A stretch of 64,000 bases of DNA from Elusimicrobiota bacterium (GCA_016207685.1 JACQPE010000004.1:1559-65558); one strand, 5' to 3'; counted from the stretch's first letter, positions 17,472 through 28,204 are shown. The notes: generated from the letters alone by a model not told the origin. Translations and numbers: made by a program.

Positions 17472-20240
17472 GTGCCCGGAAGAAAATTTGTTTTTTCCTT
17501 TGGCCGGGGAAAGGCCGACGGCCGCGCCGGGGATCGCGTTCTCTTGGGCGGCAAAGGGGCCAACCTTCATGAAATGACCCGGCTGGGACTTCCCGTGCCG
17601 CCGGGATTTACGATCAGCACGGATGTCTGCGATTATTTCTACCGCCATCTTAAAACTTACCCCGTCAGCCTCAAAAAGGAGGTGTCTCGAGCTCTCGCCA
17701 AACTTGAGCGCGTGATGGATTTACAGCTGGGAAATCCAGAACGGCCGCTCCTTGTATCCGTGCGTTCCGGAGCGCGCGCCAGCATGCCCGGCATGATGGA
17801 CACCATCTTAAATCTTGGCATGAACGATGCCGTGGCCGAAAGTCTCTCCTTGCGGCTCAACGATGAACGCTTCGTTTATGACAGCTACCGGCGCTTGATC
17901 GCGATGTACGCGGACGTTGTCCTCGGTTTGGACAAAAATATTTTTGAGGAAGCTCTGGAAAAACTAAAACGTGAACGGGGCGTTACACGGGATTCCCAAT
18001 TAACCGCTCCAGCCTATAAAACGTTGACCGCGCAATTTAAATCGCTCGTGCGCCGGCACACGCAGCGCGAATTTCCGCAGGACTCACAGGAACAACTCTG
18101 GGGCGCTATGGGCGCCGTCTTTGGCTCATGGATGAATCCCCGCGCCATCACCTACAGGAAACTCAATCGCATTCCCGAAAGCTGGGGCACGGCCGTCAAT
18201 GTGCAGGCCATGGTCTTTGGCAATCGGGGCGGCGCGAGCGCCACGGGCGTGGCGTTCACGCGCGATCCTTCGACCGGAAAGAAACGTTTTTTTGGAGAGT
18301 TTCTTCCCAATGCCCAGGGTGAAGACGTCGTGGCCGGAATCCGCACGCCGCAACCCATCAACCAACAATCCAAAAACGGCTCGAACGGCCATTCGCCTAC
18401 TCTCGAAAATCTTATGCCCAAAGCTTACGCCGAATTGGTAAAAATCCGCAGCCTCCTTGAGAATCATTACAGGGACATGCAAGATATCGAATTTACGATT
18501 CAAGAGGGAACTCTCTACCTCCTTCAATGCCGCAACGGCAAACGCACTGCGGCAGCAGCCATCAAAATAGCTGTGGACATGGCTCATGAAGGGCTCATCA
18601 CCAAAGAAGAATCTTTACAACGCGTGACTCCGGCCCAATTCGAGCAATTACTGCACCCGCGACTAGATACCCAAGCGAAAAAAAACGTGGTTGCCCGGGG
18701 TTTGCCGGCAAGCCCCGGGGCCGCCTGCGGACAAATCGTGTTTGACCCAACAACGGCGTTCGAATGGTCCCAAAACTTGAAGCGCCGGGTCATCTTGGTG
18801 CGTCCGGAAACAAGCCCCGAAGATATCCACGGCATGCACGCGGCAGAAGGCATCCTAACCGCTCGCGGCGGCATGACCTCCCATGCCGCTGTTGTGGCGC
18901 GCGGCATGGGCAAATGCTGCGTGGCCGGATGCAACGATCTGACTGTTTCCTTAAACCATCGCGAGATGGTTCTCGGGGGACGGGTCTTCAAAGAAGGGGA
19001 CTATTTGACTCTTGACGGCGGCACCGGAGAGATCATGACCGGGGCCGTAGCGACCATTGAACCCAGCCTAACGAAGGATATCGAAGAGTTTCTCTCTTGG
19101 GCCGATCAAATCCGCGCGTTGCGCATCCGGGCCAATGCGGACACGCCGCACGACGCGCGCATTGCGCGAACATTCGGCGCCGAGGGCATCGGTCTCTGCC
19201 GCACGGAACACATGTTTTTTGATTCGGACCGCATTGATACGGTGCGTGAAATGATTCTGGCCGATGATCCTGAAGGCCGCCAACGGGCGCTGGAAAAAAT
19301 TATGCCCATGCAAAAAAAAGATTTCATGGGAATCTTTCGGGAAATGAAAGGGCTGCCGGTGACGATCCGGCTTCTCGATCCCCCTCTTCATGAATTCTTG
19401 CCGCAAAAAGAGGAAGAAATCAGGCGCCTGGCAGCCAAAATCGGCATTCCCGAAGAAAAACTGCGCCGCAAGGCGGAAAGCCTTAAAGAGTTTAACCCCA
19501 TGCTGGGACATCGCGGGTGCCGTTTGGGGATCAGTTTTCCCGATATTTACATCGTGCAGGTCCGCGCCGTTATGGAGGCTGCCTGTGAGCTGATCCGCGA
19601 TGAAGGAATTGATCTTTTCCCTGAAATCATGATTCCTCTGGTGGCGCATGAAAAAGAATTAAAAATCATTAAGGACTACATCGAACAAGAAAACAAAGCC
19701 GTCTTGGCCCGATATAAAGTCCATATTCCCTACACCATCGGCACCATGATCGAATTGCCGCGCGCGGCTTTAACAGCGGATCAAATCGCCCGACATGCGG
19801 AATTTTTCAGCTTCGGCACCAATGATCTGACACAGACGGCCTACGGCCTATCAAGAGATGATTCGGCTGTTTTTTTGGACTCCTACCAAGAACGCGGTAT
19901 TTTTGACAAAGATCCCTTTGTCACCCTTGATCAAGAAGGCGTGGGCAGCCTTATTAACACAGCGTGCCGCCTCGGCCGCTTAACGCGGCCAACCATCAAG
20001 CACGGCAACTGCGGCGAGCATGGCGGCGACCCGGACACGATCGCTTTCTGCCCCAACAAAGGCCATCATTATGTCAGTTGCTCGCCCATTCGCGACCCCA
20101 TCGCCCGCCTGGCCGCCGCGCATGCGGCGTTAGCGTCTAAAAAATTGAAGATCCTCTTGAACCAAAAATCGCCTGCTCGTCGCAGACTTAAAAACAACGG
20201 ACAAATGACGGCGCGCCGAAACAATATATTAACGGGTTGA
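17472..20240 (+). CDS. ppdK: pyruvate, phosphate dikinase
   Basis: VLLGGKGANLHEM, catalytic-His region ARGGMTSHAAVVARGMGKCCVAGC, PEP-utilising C-terminal domain (FFSFGTNDLTQ); unusual ~30-aa basic C-terminal tail. Confidence 0.9.
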   Translation: MPGRKFVFSFGRGKADGRAGDRVLLGGKGANLHEMTRLGLPVPPGFTISTDVCDYFYRHLKTYPVSLKKEVSRALAKLERVMDLQLGNPERPLLVSVRSGARASMPGMMDTILNLGMNDAVAESLSLRLNDERFVYDSYRRLIAMYADVVLGLDKNIFEEALEKLKRERGVTRDSQLTAPAYKTLTAQFKSLVRRHTQREFPQDSQEQLWGAMGAVFGSWMNPRAITYRKLNRIPESWGTAVNVQAMVFGNRGGASATGVAFTRDPSTGKKRFFGEFLPNAQGEDVVAGIRTPQPINQQSKNGSNGHSPTLENLMPKAYAELVKIRSLLENHYRDMQDIEFTIQEGTLYLLQCRNGKRTAAAAIKIAVDMAHEGLITKEESLQRVTPAQFEQLLHPRLDTQAKKNVVARGLPASPGAACGQIVFDPTTAFEWSQNLKRRVILVRPETSPEDIHGMHAAEGILTARGGMTSHAAVVARGMGKCCVAGCNDLTVSLNHREMVLGGRVFKEGDYLTLDGGTGEIMTGAVATIEPSLTKDIEEFLSWADQIRALRIRANADTPHDARIARTFGAEGIGLCRTEHMFFDSDRIDTVREMILADDPEGRQRALEKIMPMQKKDFMGIFREMKGLPVTIRLLDPPLHEFLPQKEEEIRRLAAKIGIPEEKLRRKAESLKEFNPMLGHRGCRLGISFPDIYIVQVRAVMEAACELIRDEGIDLFPEIMIPLVAHEKELKIIKDYIEQENKAVLARYKVHIPYTIGTMIELPRAALTADQIARHAEFFSFGTNDLTQTAYGLSRDDSAVFLDSYQERGIFDKDPFVTLDQEGVGSLINTACRLGRLTRPTIKHGNCGEHGGDPDTIAFCPNKGHHYVSCSPIRDPIARLAAAHAALASKKLKILLNQKSPARRRLKNNGQMTARRNNILTG

Positions 20241-21779
20241 TTTTTCAGCAGGCAGCGAAGTCCGCAGATGGTTGATTTCCTTCCAACGAATGAAAGTTTG
20301 ATCCGGTGGCAGGCCGGCCGCGGTTAATGCCTTGGCTAGAACCGGTTCGCCTCTCGACAAAATTTTTAATTTTGTCTCACCCGCCTGGCGCAAAGCATAA
20401 ACTGCCAACAAAACGGCAATCAGGCTAGGCAGCGAATCCCGCGAGAGCTCCTCAAAAAATTCCACAAAAAGAAAAACAGCCAGTGGGATCGCAGAAACCC
20501 AAACCCCTTTCTTCCAAATTTTCCAGCAGATCATCAAGCAAAAAACCGAAAATAAGGAAAAGCCAACAAGTCCCGTCTCACAAAGAATACGCAGCCAAAG
20601 ATTGTGCGGGTGGCTAAACATCGGCTGGCTCAATCCCGCCGATTTCCAAGAGGTATCGGTCACATAGGGATAGCTGCCGATGCCTGAACCGATGATTTTA
20701 TTCTTCTGCCAAACTCCCCAAGCGGTCTGCCACTGCGTCAATCGGTAGGACAGCAGCTGATCCATCCGATGAAATACCGTGAGACTGTCCGGGCGGTCAT
20801 TAACCCAGCTGCGAATACGGGGAATGGAAGGCACGGCAATTAAAAAAATAAAAAGCGCCAATGCCTGCCGGGCCACCAACGGACGGCTCGCCTCTTTGAC
20901 GTGCAGCCAATAAATTCTCATCACGCACAAACTCACCAGCAACACCACGGAAAGCCTAGATTGCGAGAACGCGGTGGCCGCAAAAAGCAATGCTTCGGCG
21001 GCCACAAACACAGGCCATGAAAACCGGGCTTGGCAAAGGAGTCCCGCAGCGTAGCAAATCACCATGACAGCACCATAGGTGGTAGGATTCTGCAGAGAGG
21101 CTAGGGATCGGTCGGCGAAGCCCCCATTGGTCATAGGCCGGAACATCTGAGCGCAAAATTGCCAGGCTGGCGGAAAAAAATGCTCCAAGATGCCGATGGC
21201 CGCCAAAAATACGCCCAACAAAAAAACTTGCTCCGGAATTGATTTCCATGCCTGCGTTTGCGGCCATGCCAAAAATATCCAAAAAAGATAAAAAAACAAA
21301 CCATAAAAAATCAACTGCTCTAGCCCAGGCGCAGGGAAACGACCGAAAAGCACAGAAATTACGGCAGCCCCCGCAAAAGCCAGGCTTAAAAGAAATAGAG
21401 ACCGGTGAAAAGTCCATATAATTTTAAAACCCCGGCGCAAAAACCAAACGCCTGATATGCAGCAAAAAAAAGCCAGCGCCACGCGTGCCGTGGTCCAAAA
21501 AAAGGACATTCCACCGATAACCACGCGCGAACCACGAATCTCAAGGGCCGTGCTCCAAAGCAAGAGGGGAAGCAACGCCATGTCCCAAAGGTTGGGTGTC
21601 TCACGATAATCGCTGCGATTTTGACGCAAAAAATTTCTACCTGAAATATTCTTCGGATTTATACCAGACACGGGCACAATGTTAGCAGTATAACCTTTAA
21701 CGCTCATTGCCGCTAAGATAACTTTAAGTTTTACCCAAGCGCGCGGCTTCGCAACGTCATGCCGGGAGCCAAATCCCAA
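20229..21779 (-). CDS. O-antigen ligase/polymerase (Wzy_C)-like polytopic membrane protein
   Basis: about 10 hydrophobic helices, no soluble domain; resemblance is at family level only; probable true start at 21581 (MALLPLLLW). Confidence 0.4.
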   Translation of the reverse strand: MGFGSRHDVAKPRAWVKLKVILAAMSVKGYTANIVPVSGINPKNISGRNFLRQNRSDYRETPNLWDMALLPLLLWSTALEIRGSRVVIGGMSFFWTTARVALAFFCCISGVWFLRRGFKIIWTFHRSLFLLSLAFAGAAVISVLFGRFPAPGLEQLIFYGLFFYLFWIFLAWPQTQAWKSIPEQVFLLGVFLAAIGILEHFFPPAWQFCAQMFRPMTNGGFADRSLASLQNPTTYGAVMVICYAAGLLCQARFSWPVFVAAEALLFAATAFSQSRLSVVLLVSLCVMRIYWLHVKEASRPLVARQALALFIFLIAVPSIPRIRSWVNDRPDSLTVFHRMDQLLSYRLTQWQTAWGVWQKNKIIGSGIGSYPYVTDTSWKSAGLSQPMFSHPHNLWLRILCETGLVGFSLFSVFCLMICWKIWKKGVWVSAIPLAVFLFVEFFEELSRDSLPSLIAVLLAVYALRQAGETKLKILSRGEPVLAKALTAAGLPPDQTFIRWKEINHLRTSLPAEKSTR

Positions 21780-21872
21780 CCGGCAAGGGTGAACAAAAAT
21801 TATCTTAGCGGCGATGACTTTAACGCTATGAATCCGCGAGTGGTTTGCGCATCACAGACGCCGGAACCTCGG

Positions 21873-22994
21873 CTATGCCATAGGCTCCCTGCGGGAAATG
21901 CCGATTAAAATTCCGGCCATGAGGCAGCAGGTAATTAATGATGAGCCGCCATAGGAAATAAAGGGCAGCGTGATACCTTTAGTCGGCGCCAGCGCCGTGG
22001 TGACTGCCATGTGGATGGCCGCCTGATATGAAAGACAAAACGTGATTCCCAGGGCCAGATGCCGCTCAAAAAACCATTGGGACTTAAGCGCCGCGCGCAA
22101 GCCGCGGATGGTGACTATCGCGAATAACCCGATCACCAGGACGCTGCCCGCAAACCCTAGTTCTTCGCCGATCACCGGAAAAACAAAATCCGTGTGCGGC
22201 TGCGGCAGATAATGCAGCTTCAGCTCCGAGTCGCCCAAACCCTTGCCTAACAAGCCTCCGGACCCAAGAGCCAAAAGCGCCTGAGCGATTTGATAGGTGG
22301 CGCCGTGATTGCCGGCGTCAAGGCCGCCGCGCCACAGCGACAGGAATCCGATTAATCGCTTGACGCGATAAGGGCTTTGATTAACTAAAAAAATCACCGC
22401 CGGTATAGCGGCCAGGGGATACACCAAAAAAAACCGCCAAGGTATCTCGGAGGCCAAAATCATCGTAAAAAAAACAAGCGCCATCACGACGGGATTGCCA
22501 AAATCAGGCTCCCAAACGACCGGTAAGACCAGCACGACAAAAATCAACGCAGGCCAAGCCAATGCCCATGGCAAGCGATCCAGTTTTGAATGGTAGCGGT
22601 CCAAATACCGAGCCAGGGCAACAATCAAAACGAGCTTAGCCAGTTCCGATCCTTGAAAACCCAATGGACCCAAATAAAGCCATCGCTTGGCCCCGCCCAC
22701 GCTGCGCCCCAAACCCAATGTCAGGATCAACAGACAAAACGTGGCCACGTAAAGCGGCAGCCATAGCTTTCTCCAAACTTCCATCTTAAGCCGCGTCCCG
22801 AAAAACATGGCAACTAAACCCATAGTCAAATAAATCAAATGCCGCCTTAAGTAGTAAAAAACGTCGCCAAAACGGTTGCCGGCCATAATGGAACTTGAAG
22901 AAAAAACCATCACGGCTCCCATGATGATTAAAATAGCGAAAGCGCCGATGAGCCAAGGGTCTCCGACCGCTAATCCGGACCGCTTAAATTTCAC
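21873..22994 (-). CDS. ftsW: SEDS-family peptidoglycan glycosyltransferase FtsW/RodA
   Basis: conserved C-terminal block GGLLGKGLGDSELKLHYLPQPHTDFVFPVIGEELGF; position after murD in the dcw cluster. Confidence 0.8.
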   Translation of the reverse strand: MKFKRSGLAVGDPWLIGAFAILIIMGAVMVFSSSSIMAGNRFGDVFYYLRRHLIYLTMGLVAMFFGTRLKMEVWRKLWLPLYVATFCLLILTLGLGRSVGGAKRWLYLGPLGFQGSELAKLVLIVALARYLDRYHSKLDRLPWALAWPALIFVVLVLPVVWEPDFGNPVVMALVFFTMILASEIPWRFFLVYPLAAIPAVIFLVNQSPYRVKRLIGFLSLWRGGLDAGNHGATYQIAQALLALGSGGLLGKGLGDSELKLHYLPQPHTDFVFPVIGEELGFAGSVLVIGLFAIVTIRGLRAALKSQWFFERHLALGITFCLSYQAAIHMAVTTALAPTKGITLPFISYGGSSLITCCLMAGILIGISRREPMA

Positions 22995-24376
22995 GCGCCT
23001 AATTCCTTCGCCAATGCGCTGATTAATCGCTTAAACTCTTCTCCACGATGCTCATAATGGCGGAATTGGTCAAAAGAGGCGCAGGCTGGAGAAAGAACGA
23101 TCAAATCTCCGGTTGAGGCATTCATTAAGGCGGCGCGCATCGCCAGTTCCAACGTTTGACAGCGCTCGCCATCGAATGCCGCATGTAGTTCCTTAAAAAT
23201 CAACTGATTCGCCTCTCCGTAACAATAAAATTTTTTGACTTGACCGCCGCGCGCGGCAATCGGGGCATATGATGCGCCCTTATCCTGCCCCCCTAGAAGC
23301 AAATGGATTTTTCCCCCTCTTGATAGCGCCAAGGGTTCCAGCGCCCGCAAAGCCGCGACCACGCTATCCACATTGGTCGCTTTTGAATCATTGATGAATA
23401 ACACATCCCGGATGCTGCCTGCGCGCTCGAGACGATGCGGCGGCGGTTGATACGTCTCCAGGGCCTCTTCAACGCCCACGCGCGGCATATCCGCCTCCAA
23501 AACGGCCAAAAGGGCAGCCATCTGGTTTTCCAAATTATGAACTCCCATTAAATTTGGCGCCGGCTTCATATCATAAGAACGCGCCCCGCGCTGACCGGAA
23601 TAACGGACGCGAAGCATGCCTCCCTCAAACCATGCGCCCTCTTGGAGAGAGCGCGCTGAACTAAAAAAAACGCGGCGGCTTGATGCCCGCTCCAGAACGG
23701 CCCTGGCCGCGGCATCCTCAAAATTACCCACGCCAAGACCTGCGACTTTGACAAAGTCGAACAATTTCGCCTTGGCCGAAACATAATTTTCCCAACTACC
23801 ATGATGGCTTAAATGATCCGCGGTGATGTTCATCAAAACGCCGCAATCAAGCGTCAATGAGGCAGAATCCTCCAGTTGGTAGCTCGAAATTTCCAAAATC
23901 AACGCATGCTTGTTCGTTATTTGGTCAATCGCCTCGATCAGGGGCGAACCAATGTTGCCCGCCGCCAGAGCCGGATAACCGCAAGTTCTAAATAGGTGGC
24001 CGGTCAAATCCGTGGTTGTTGTTTTGCCGTTGGTGCCGGAAATGCCGATGATTATTTTTGGCTTTATCGCCATTGCTCCAAAGGCGAAATCCATCTCGCT
24101 TAAGATGGTCTTGCCCGATTCATTCAATTTTTTAAATATCGATGACCGTGGATCAAGCCCCGGGCTTTTAATGACATAACGCGCCTTCAGCACCGCGTCC
24201 GAATGGCCGCCCAACTCAATGAGCGCCCGAGGGTGGGCTTCCTTGGCGGATTTCCCCAACAAAGGGCTCGCGGCGTTATCGCTGGCTAAAACTTTTGCCT
24301 TGGGATGGCGGCGCCGCAAAAAACGCAACGCGGCCAATCCCGATTTGCCTAATCCCAGGACAGCGTAGTCGAACAC
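22991..24376 (-). CDS. murD: UDP-N-acetylmuramoyl-L-alanine--D-glutamate ligase
   Basis: Mur-ligase P-loop IGISGTNGKTTTTDL; dcw context. Confidence 0.85.
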   Translation of the reverse strand: MFDYAVLGLGKSGLAALRFLRRRHPKAKVLASDNAASPLLGKSAKEAHPRALIELGGHSDAVLKARYVIKSPGLDPRSSIFKKLNESGKTILSEMDFAFGAMAIKPKIIIGISGTNGKTTTTDLTGHLFRTCGYPALAAGNIGSPLIEAIDQITNKHALILEISSYQLEDSASLTLDCGVLMNITADHLSHHGSWENYVSAKAKLFDFVKVAGLGVGNFEDAAARAVLERASSRRVFFSSARSLQEGAWFEGGMLRVRYSGQRGARSYDMKPAPNLMGVHNLENQMAALLAVLEADMPRVGVEEALETYQPPPHRLERAGSIRDVLFINDSKATNVDSVVAALRALEPLALSRGGKIHLLLGGQDKGASYAPIAARGGQVKKFYCYGEANQLIFKELHAAFDGERCQTLELAMRAALMNASTGDLIVLSPACASFDQFRHYEHRGEEFKRLISALAKELGA

Positions 24377-24390
24377 TAGCGGGGGCCCAA

Positions 24391-24415
24391 CGTCCGGCGT
24401 CCGGCGTCCGGCGTC
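24391..24415. repeat. heptamer array (CGTCCGG)x3.5
   Basis: cgtccgg cgtccgg cgtccgg cgtc, 15 nt upstream of the murD start codon. Confidence 0.9.
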
Positions 24416-24519
24416 TTAAGCCTGAAAATAAAAAATTTAATAATGAAATCAGAGAGTGTAACAATGGAAAAATGAAAATCCGAAAATCCAAACTTCCATA
24501 CTCCAAATTTTTTTGATTT

Positions 24520-24550
24520 GACTTTGGACTTTGGACTTTGGACTTTGGAC
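24520..24550. repeat. heptamer array (GACTTTG)x4.4
   Basis: gactttg gactttg gactttg gactttg gac, ending 5 nt from the mraY stop codon. Confidence 0.9.
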
Positions 24551-24554
24551 TTCT

Positions 24555-25652
24555 TCATCTCACTTTCAAACTGGCCAAAGCAATGAGGGCCAAAATAACC
24601 CCGACCACCCAAAATCGAACCACAACTTTGGGCTCGGCCGCCCCCAAAAGCTCGAAGTGGTGATGAACGGGCGACATTTTAAAAATTCTCTTGCCCTTGG
24701 TCATGCGGAAATAGCCCATCTGAATAACCACGCTCAAGGATTCGGCCAAAAAAACACCGCCGATCACGGGCAGCAAAATCTCCTGCTTGGAGACAATGGA
24801 GACGAACACCAGCAAGGACCCCAACGGCAGCGATCCTGTGTCTCCCATAAAAATTTGCGCCGGATAACTGTTGAACCATAAAAATCCTAAACCCGCGCCG
24901 ATCAAAGCGGAAAGAACGATCGTGAGTTCCCCCGCGGCCGGCACTGAAATAATGCGCAAATACTGAGAAAACCGGGCATGCCCCGCGGCATAGACGAACA
25001 CGAGCATCGCGGAGGCCGCAATCACCAAATTACCGATCGCGAGTCCATCCATGCCGTCGGTTAAATTAACGCTGTTGGAAAATCCAACGAACAAGAGCAT
25101 CACCAGGAAAAAATAAAACACATGCAAATTAAGATAAGTCTCTTTGATAAAAGGCACATTAACGCTCAAAGCGAATTGGGCATTGGGGGGATAAAGCGCC
25201 AGATAAAAAGCGAACGCCGAGGCCGCGCCGATTTGAAGCAAGAATTTAACCCTGGAGCTTACGCCTTCGGCCCTGCCCTCGCGCCTCGGCGCGTGAATTT
25301 TGAGCCAGTCATCCCAAAACCCGAGCGCTGCAAATAAAAAAAGCAGCAATTGCGCCATCAGCACATAGCGGTTATCCGGGCGCGCCCATAAAAACACCGT
25401 CAACATCATCACCGCAATAATTAAAAGTCCCCCCCCAACGGCAATTCCTGTTTTGGTTTGATGGGAATCCGGACCCCAGACTTTGGGTTTATTGACCATT
25501 CCATGAGCCAAAAGCGTTCGAATCATCCAGGGTCCCATAAACAAACACACGGCGAAGGCCGTCACGGCCGCTGCCCCGGCCCTGAAGGTGATGTAAGAAA
25601 ATACATTGAGGCCAAAATAGCTGTGGCGTAACAGAGAAAGATAATAGAGCAT
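24555..25652 (-). CDS. mraY: phospho-N-acetylmuramoyl-pentapeptide transferase
   Basis: polytopic membrane protein with MraY blocks IFMGDTGSLPLG and PVHHHFEL. Confidence 0.9.
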   Translation of the reverse strand: MLYYLSLLRHSYFGLNVFSYITFRAGAAAVTAFAVCLFMGPWMIRTLLAHGMVNKPKVWGPDSHQTKTGIAVGGGLLIIAVMMLTVFLWARPDNRYVLMAQLLLFLFAALGFWDDWLKIHAPRREGRAEGVSSRVKFLLQIGAASAFAFYLALYPPNAQFALSVNVPFIKETYLNLHVFYFFLVMLLFVGFSNSVNLTDGMDGLAIGNLVIAASAMLVFVYAAGHARFSQYLRIISVPAAGELTIVLSALIGAGLGFLWFNSYPAQIFMGDTGSLPLGSLLVFVSIVSKQEILLPVIGGVFLAESLSVVIQMGYFRMTKGKRIFKMSPVHHHFELLGAAEPKVVVRFWVVGVILALIALASLKVR

Positions 25653-25768
25653 TAAACTGTCACTGACATATAGCCTCGAAAAAAATTATTTTCCAGCCCG
25701 GACGATTCGCTCTTCGCTCTCTGGGCCGCGTTTCGCGTTTCGCCGCTTTTGGACTTTGGCCATCCTAT

Positions 25769-27220
25769 TTAAAACTCCCTTTTTAGATCACTAATCAATT
25801 CTTCAAGAGCCTCGGCCCGCGATGCCTTAAATAACACCGCTCCTGGCGGAGGATATAAAAATAGTTGCCGCTTAATAAGTTCCAATGCCTCTCCTCTCGT
25901 CGCAAAAATGACCTTGGGTCCCATTTTGCCGAATTCCTGGTTCAAGCCCATGGCCAAGCGCTCGGCCGCGAACCGGCCCGTCACCACAAAAACCACGCGT
26001 TCATTGATGAGACCGGCCCCTTTGGCTTGCCGGGCGATGCTGGCGCCTGTTTGATAATGCAGCTCCATCTCACGACTGCCCAGCTCACGCATTTCCCCCA
26101 AAACGACGATGCGCGTTCCCTCGCGGGCGCCGGCCAAAAACCCGATGACGCTATCCTCCATGGAAGCGGGATTGGCATTGTACGCGTCATTAATGGCGAC
26201 AAACTGTTCAGCTAGCGCCGGACTTAAATCAATGCGATCGCCGCGCAGGGAAACCGGAGTAAATTTTAAAAGTCCTTGCAAAATTTTCTTGACCGGAACT
26301 TTGGCGGCCAAGCCGCAGGCTGCGGCGGCAAGCGCGTTTTTCATAGGTCCCAAGGCTGTCATGGGGATCATCGCCTCGCCCAAAAATTTTTCTTGGTACA
26401 TGATCTCCAACAAGGTTCCCTTGGCGCTGCGACTCTTAATGCGCCCCTGAACATCGGCGCCGGGCTCAAAACCAAAACTTAAATAACCGCAACCAGGCCA
26501 CAACGCCGGAAGCCTGGATAGCCAGGGATCCTCTTTCCCATAAATAACCTGGCCGCCGGGTTCAAGGCCGCGTAAAATTTCGGACTTCGTCTCAAAAATA
26601 GTTTTTTCGTCGCCAAAAGTCGCCAGATGCGCCGGCGCGATGTTGGTCAAAACAACAATCTGGGGTTTGCCGGCCAAAGACAAAGGCTCAATATCGCCCT
26701 TTTTCCGCGCTCCCATTTCCCAAACTGCGAAACGATGCTTCTCGGAAAGTTCAAGAATAGACAACGGACAGCCCACTTCATTATTAAAATTACCGCGACT
26801 GCTGGTAACGGGGCCTGATTGGGAAAGAACTCCGGCAATCATTTCCCTCGTTGTTGTTTTACCGTTGCTGCCGGTGACGCCCACGACGGTGACTTGGGAA
26901 AAAAGAGCCCGGTGCGCTTGGGCCAAAGCCAATAACGCATCCAGACCGCGCCTCACTAAGATGATCGCCCCCTGGGCAGAAGCAGGGGGCCGGGGCTCGC
27001 GACTCACCAAAGCGCCCAAGGCTCCGCTGGCCAAGGCATCAGGCACAAAATCATTGCCGTCTTTATTGGCGCCTTCAATGACCCAGAAAAGTTCTCCCTT
27101 GGCGATTCGCCGGGAATCAACGGCGATTGAAGACACGGCTTGCCGTGGATCGCCTTGAAGCAACCGCCCATGGCAAGCATCCGCAATTCTTCCCAGAGTC
27201 CAATGCTTCAAGAGCTCCAT
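25769..27220 (-). CDS. murF: UDP-N-acetylmuramoyl-tripeptide--D-alanyl-D-alanine ligase
   Basis: P-loop VGVTGSNGKTTTREM and Mur-ligase C-terminal domain. Confidence 0.85.
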   Translation of the reverse strand: MELLKHWTLGRIADACHGRLLQGDPRQAVSSIAVDSRRIAKGELFWVIEGANKDGNDFVPDALASGALGALVSREPRPPASAQGAIILVRRGLDALLALAQAHRALFSQVTVVGVTGSNGKTTTREMIAGVLSQSGPVTSSRGNFNNEVGCPLSILELSEKHRFAVWEMGARKKGDIEPLSLAGKPQIVVLTNIAPAHLATFGDEKTIFETKSEILRGLEPGGQVIYGKEDPWLSRLPALWPGCGYLSFGFEPGADVQGRIKSRSAKGTLLEIMYQEKFLGEAMIPMTALGPMKNALAAAACGLAAKVPVKKILQGLLKFTPVSLRGDRIDLSPALAEQFVAINDAYNANPASMEDSVIGFLAGAREGTRIVVLGEMRELGSREMELHYQTGASIARQAKGAGLINERVVFVVTGRFAAERLAMGLNQEFGKMGPKVIFATRGEALELIKRQLFLYPPPGAVLFKASRAEALEELISDLKREF

Positions 27221-27241
27221 TGTTTTATAATTTCATCATAT

Positions 27242-28195
27242 ATGGGCGTGACTCAAGAAAGCCTGCTCTTAACAAACGCGCGCAACGTGATTCATTCTTT
27301 TGATCCGAATCTGTTGACTCAACTGCGCATTGATGCCACCGGCATCGGCCTGCGCGTTGAAAAAATTTCTAAAACCCGAGCCCCCAAAAAAGAACATCAA
27401 GCGGCCTGGCTGGAAGCGGCCATCGGCTTGATTGACCTGACGACCCTTGAAGGGTCGGACACGGATGAACGCGTGAACCGGCTCGCGCATAAGGCCGTGC
27501 GCCCATGGCGCGCGCAGCCAGCCATACACGCGGCCGCCCTATGTGTTTACGGCAATCTAGTGCCTCAAGCCAAAAAATTTCTCGATGGCTCCCCCGTTAA
27601 AATCGCGGCCGTTTCCACGAGCTTCCCTCACGGCCAAACGCCGCTCGCGATCAAAATTCAGGAAACAAAAGCTCTGGTGGCCGCGGGCGCTGATGAAATT
27701 GACATGGTCATCAGCCGCAACGCTCTCTTGCGCGGGGACCACTACAAAGTCTATGAAGAAATCGCCGAAACGCGCGAAGCCTGCGGCGACGCCCATTTGA
27801 AAGTCATCTTAGAAACAGGCGAACTCTCCGAATTCCGCCAAATTTGGATCGCAAGTGAAATCGCCATGCAAGCCGGAGCTGATTTCATTAAAACATCCAC
27901 CGGTAAAATCCAGCCGGCCGCCACCCTTGAAGCAGGGCTCATCATGCTTCAAGCCATCGATCAATTTCACCGCCGAACGGGATATAAAATTGGATTTAAA
28001 CCTGCCGGAGGCATCCGATCGGCCAAACAAGCGCTGACCTGGATGGCATTGGTCCAAGAAACGCTCGCTGATGATTGGGTTGCGCCCCGCTTATTGCGCC
28101 TTGGGGCGTCAAGCCTGCTCGATGATATTATCCGGCAACTGCATCATCTAAAAACCGGCCAATACGAAAGCTATGATTACATTCCCAAGGGATAG
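27242..28195 (+). CDS. deoC: deoxyribose-phosphate aldolase (long form)
   Basis: Schiff-base lysine region ADFIKTSTGK within a TIM-barrel aldolase-like sequence; start taken at ATG 27242 to avoid overlap with divergent murF. Confidence 0.65.
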   Translation: MGVTQESLLLTNARNVIHSFDPNLLTQLRIDATGIGLRVEKISKTRAPKKEHQAAWLEAAIGLIDLTTLEGSDTDERVNRLAHKAVRPWRAQPAIHAAALCVYGNLVPQAKKFLDGSPVKIAAVSTSFPHGQTPLAIKIQETKALVAAGADEIDMVISRNALLRGDHYKVYEEIAETREACGDAHLKVILETGELSEFRQIWIASEIAMQAGADFIKTSTGKIQPAATLEAGLIMLQAIDQFHRRTGYKIGFKPAGGIRSAKQALTWMALVQETLADDWVAPRLLRLGASSLLDDIIRQLHHLKTGQYESYDYIPKG

Positions 28196-28204
28196 GAGAT
28201 CGTC

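Noticed and set aside
20140-20240. ~30-aa basic C-terminal tail on PPDK (…ASKKLKILLNQKSPARRRLKNNGQMTARRNNILTG) as evidence of a frameshift
   Set aside because: A missed stop cannot be distinguished from a genuine extension without homologues. The core enzyme is intact, so this is only noted.
24276-24612. Small ORFs (24276..24506, 24295..24516, 24376..24612) in the murD-mraY gap
   Set aside because: They are translations of the CGTCCGG and GACTTTG heptamer arrays, with no coding signal.
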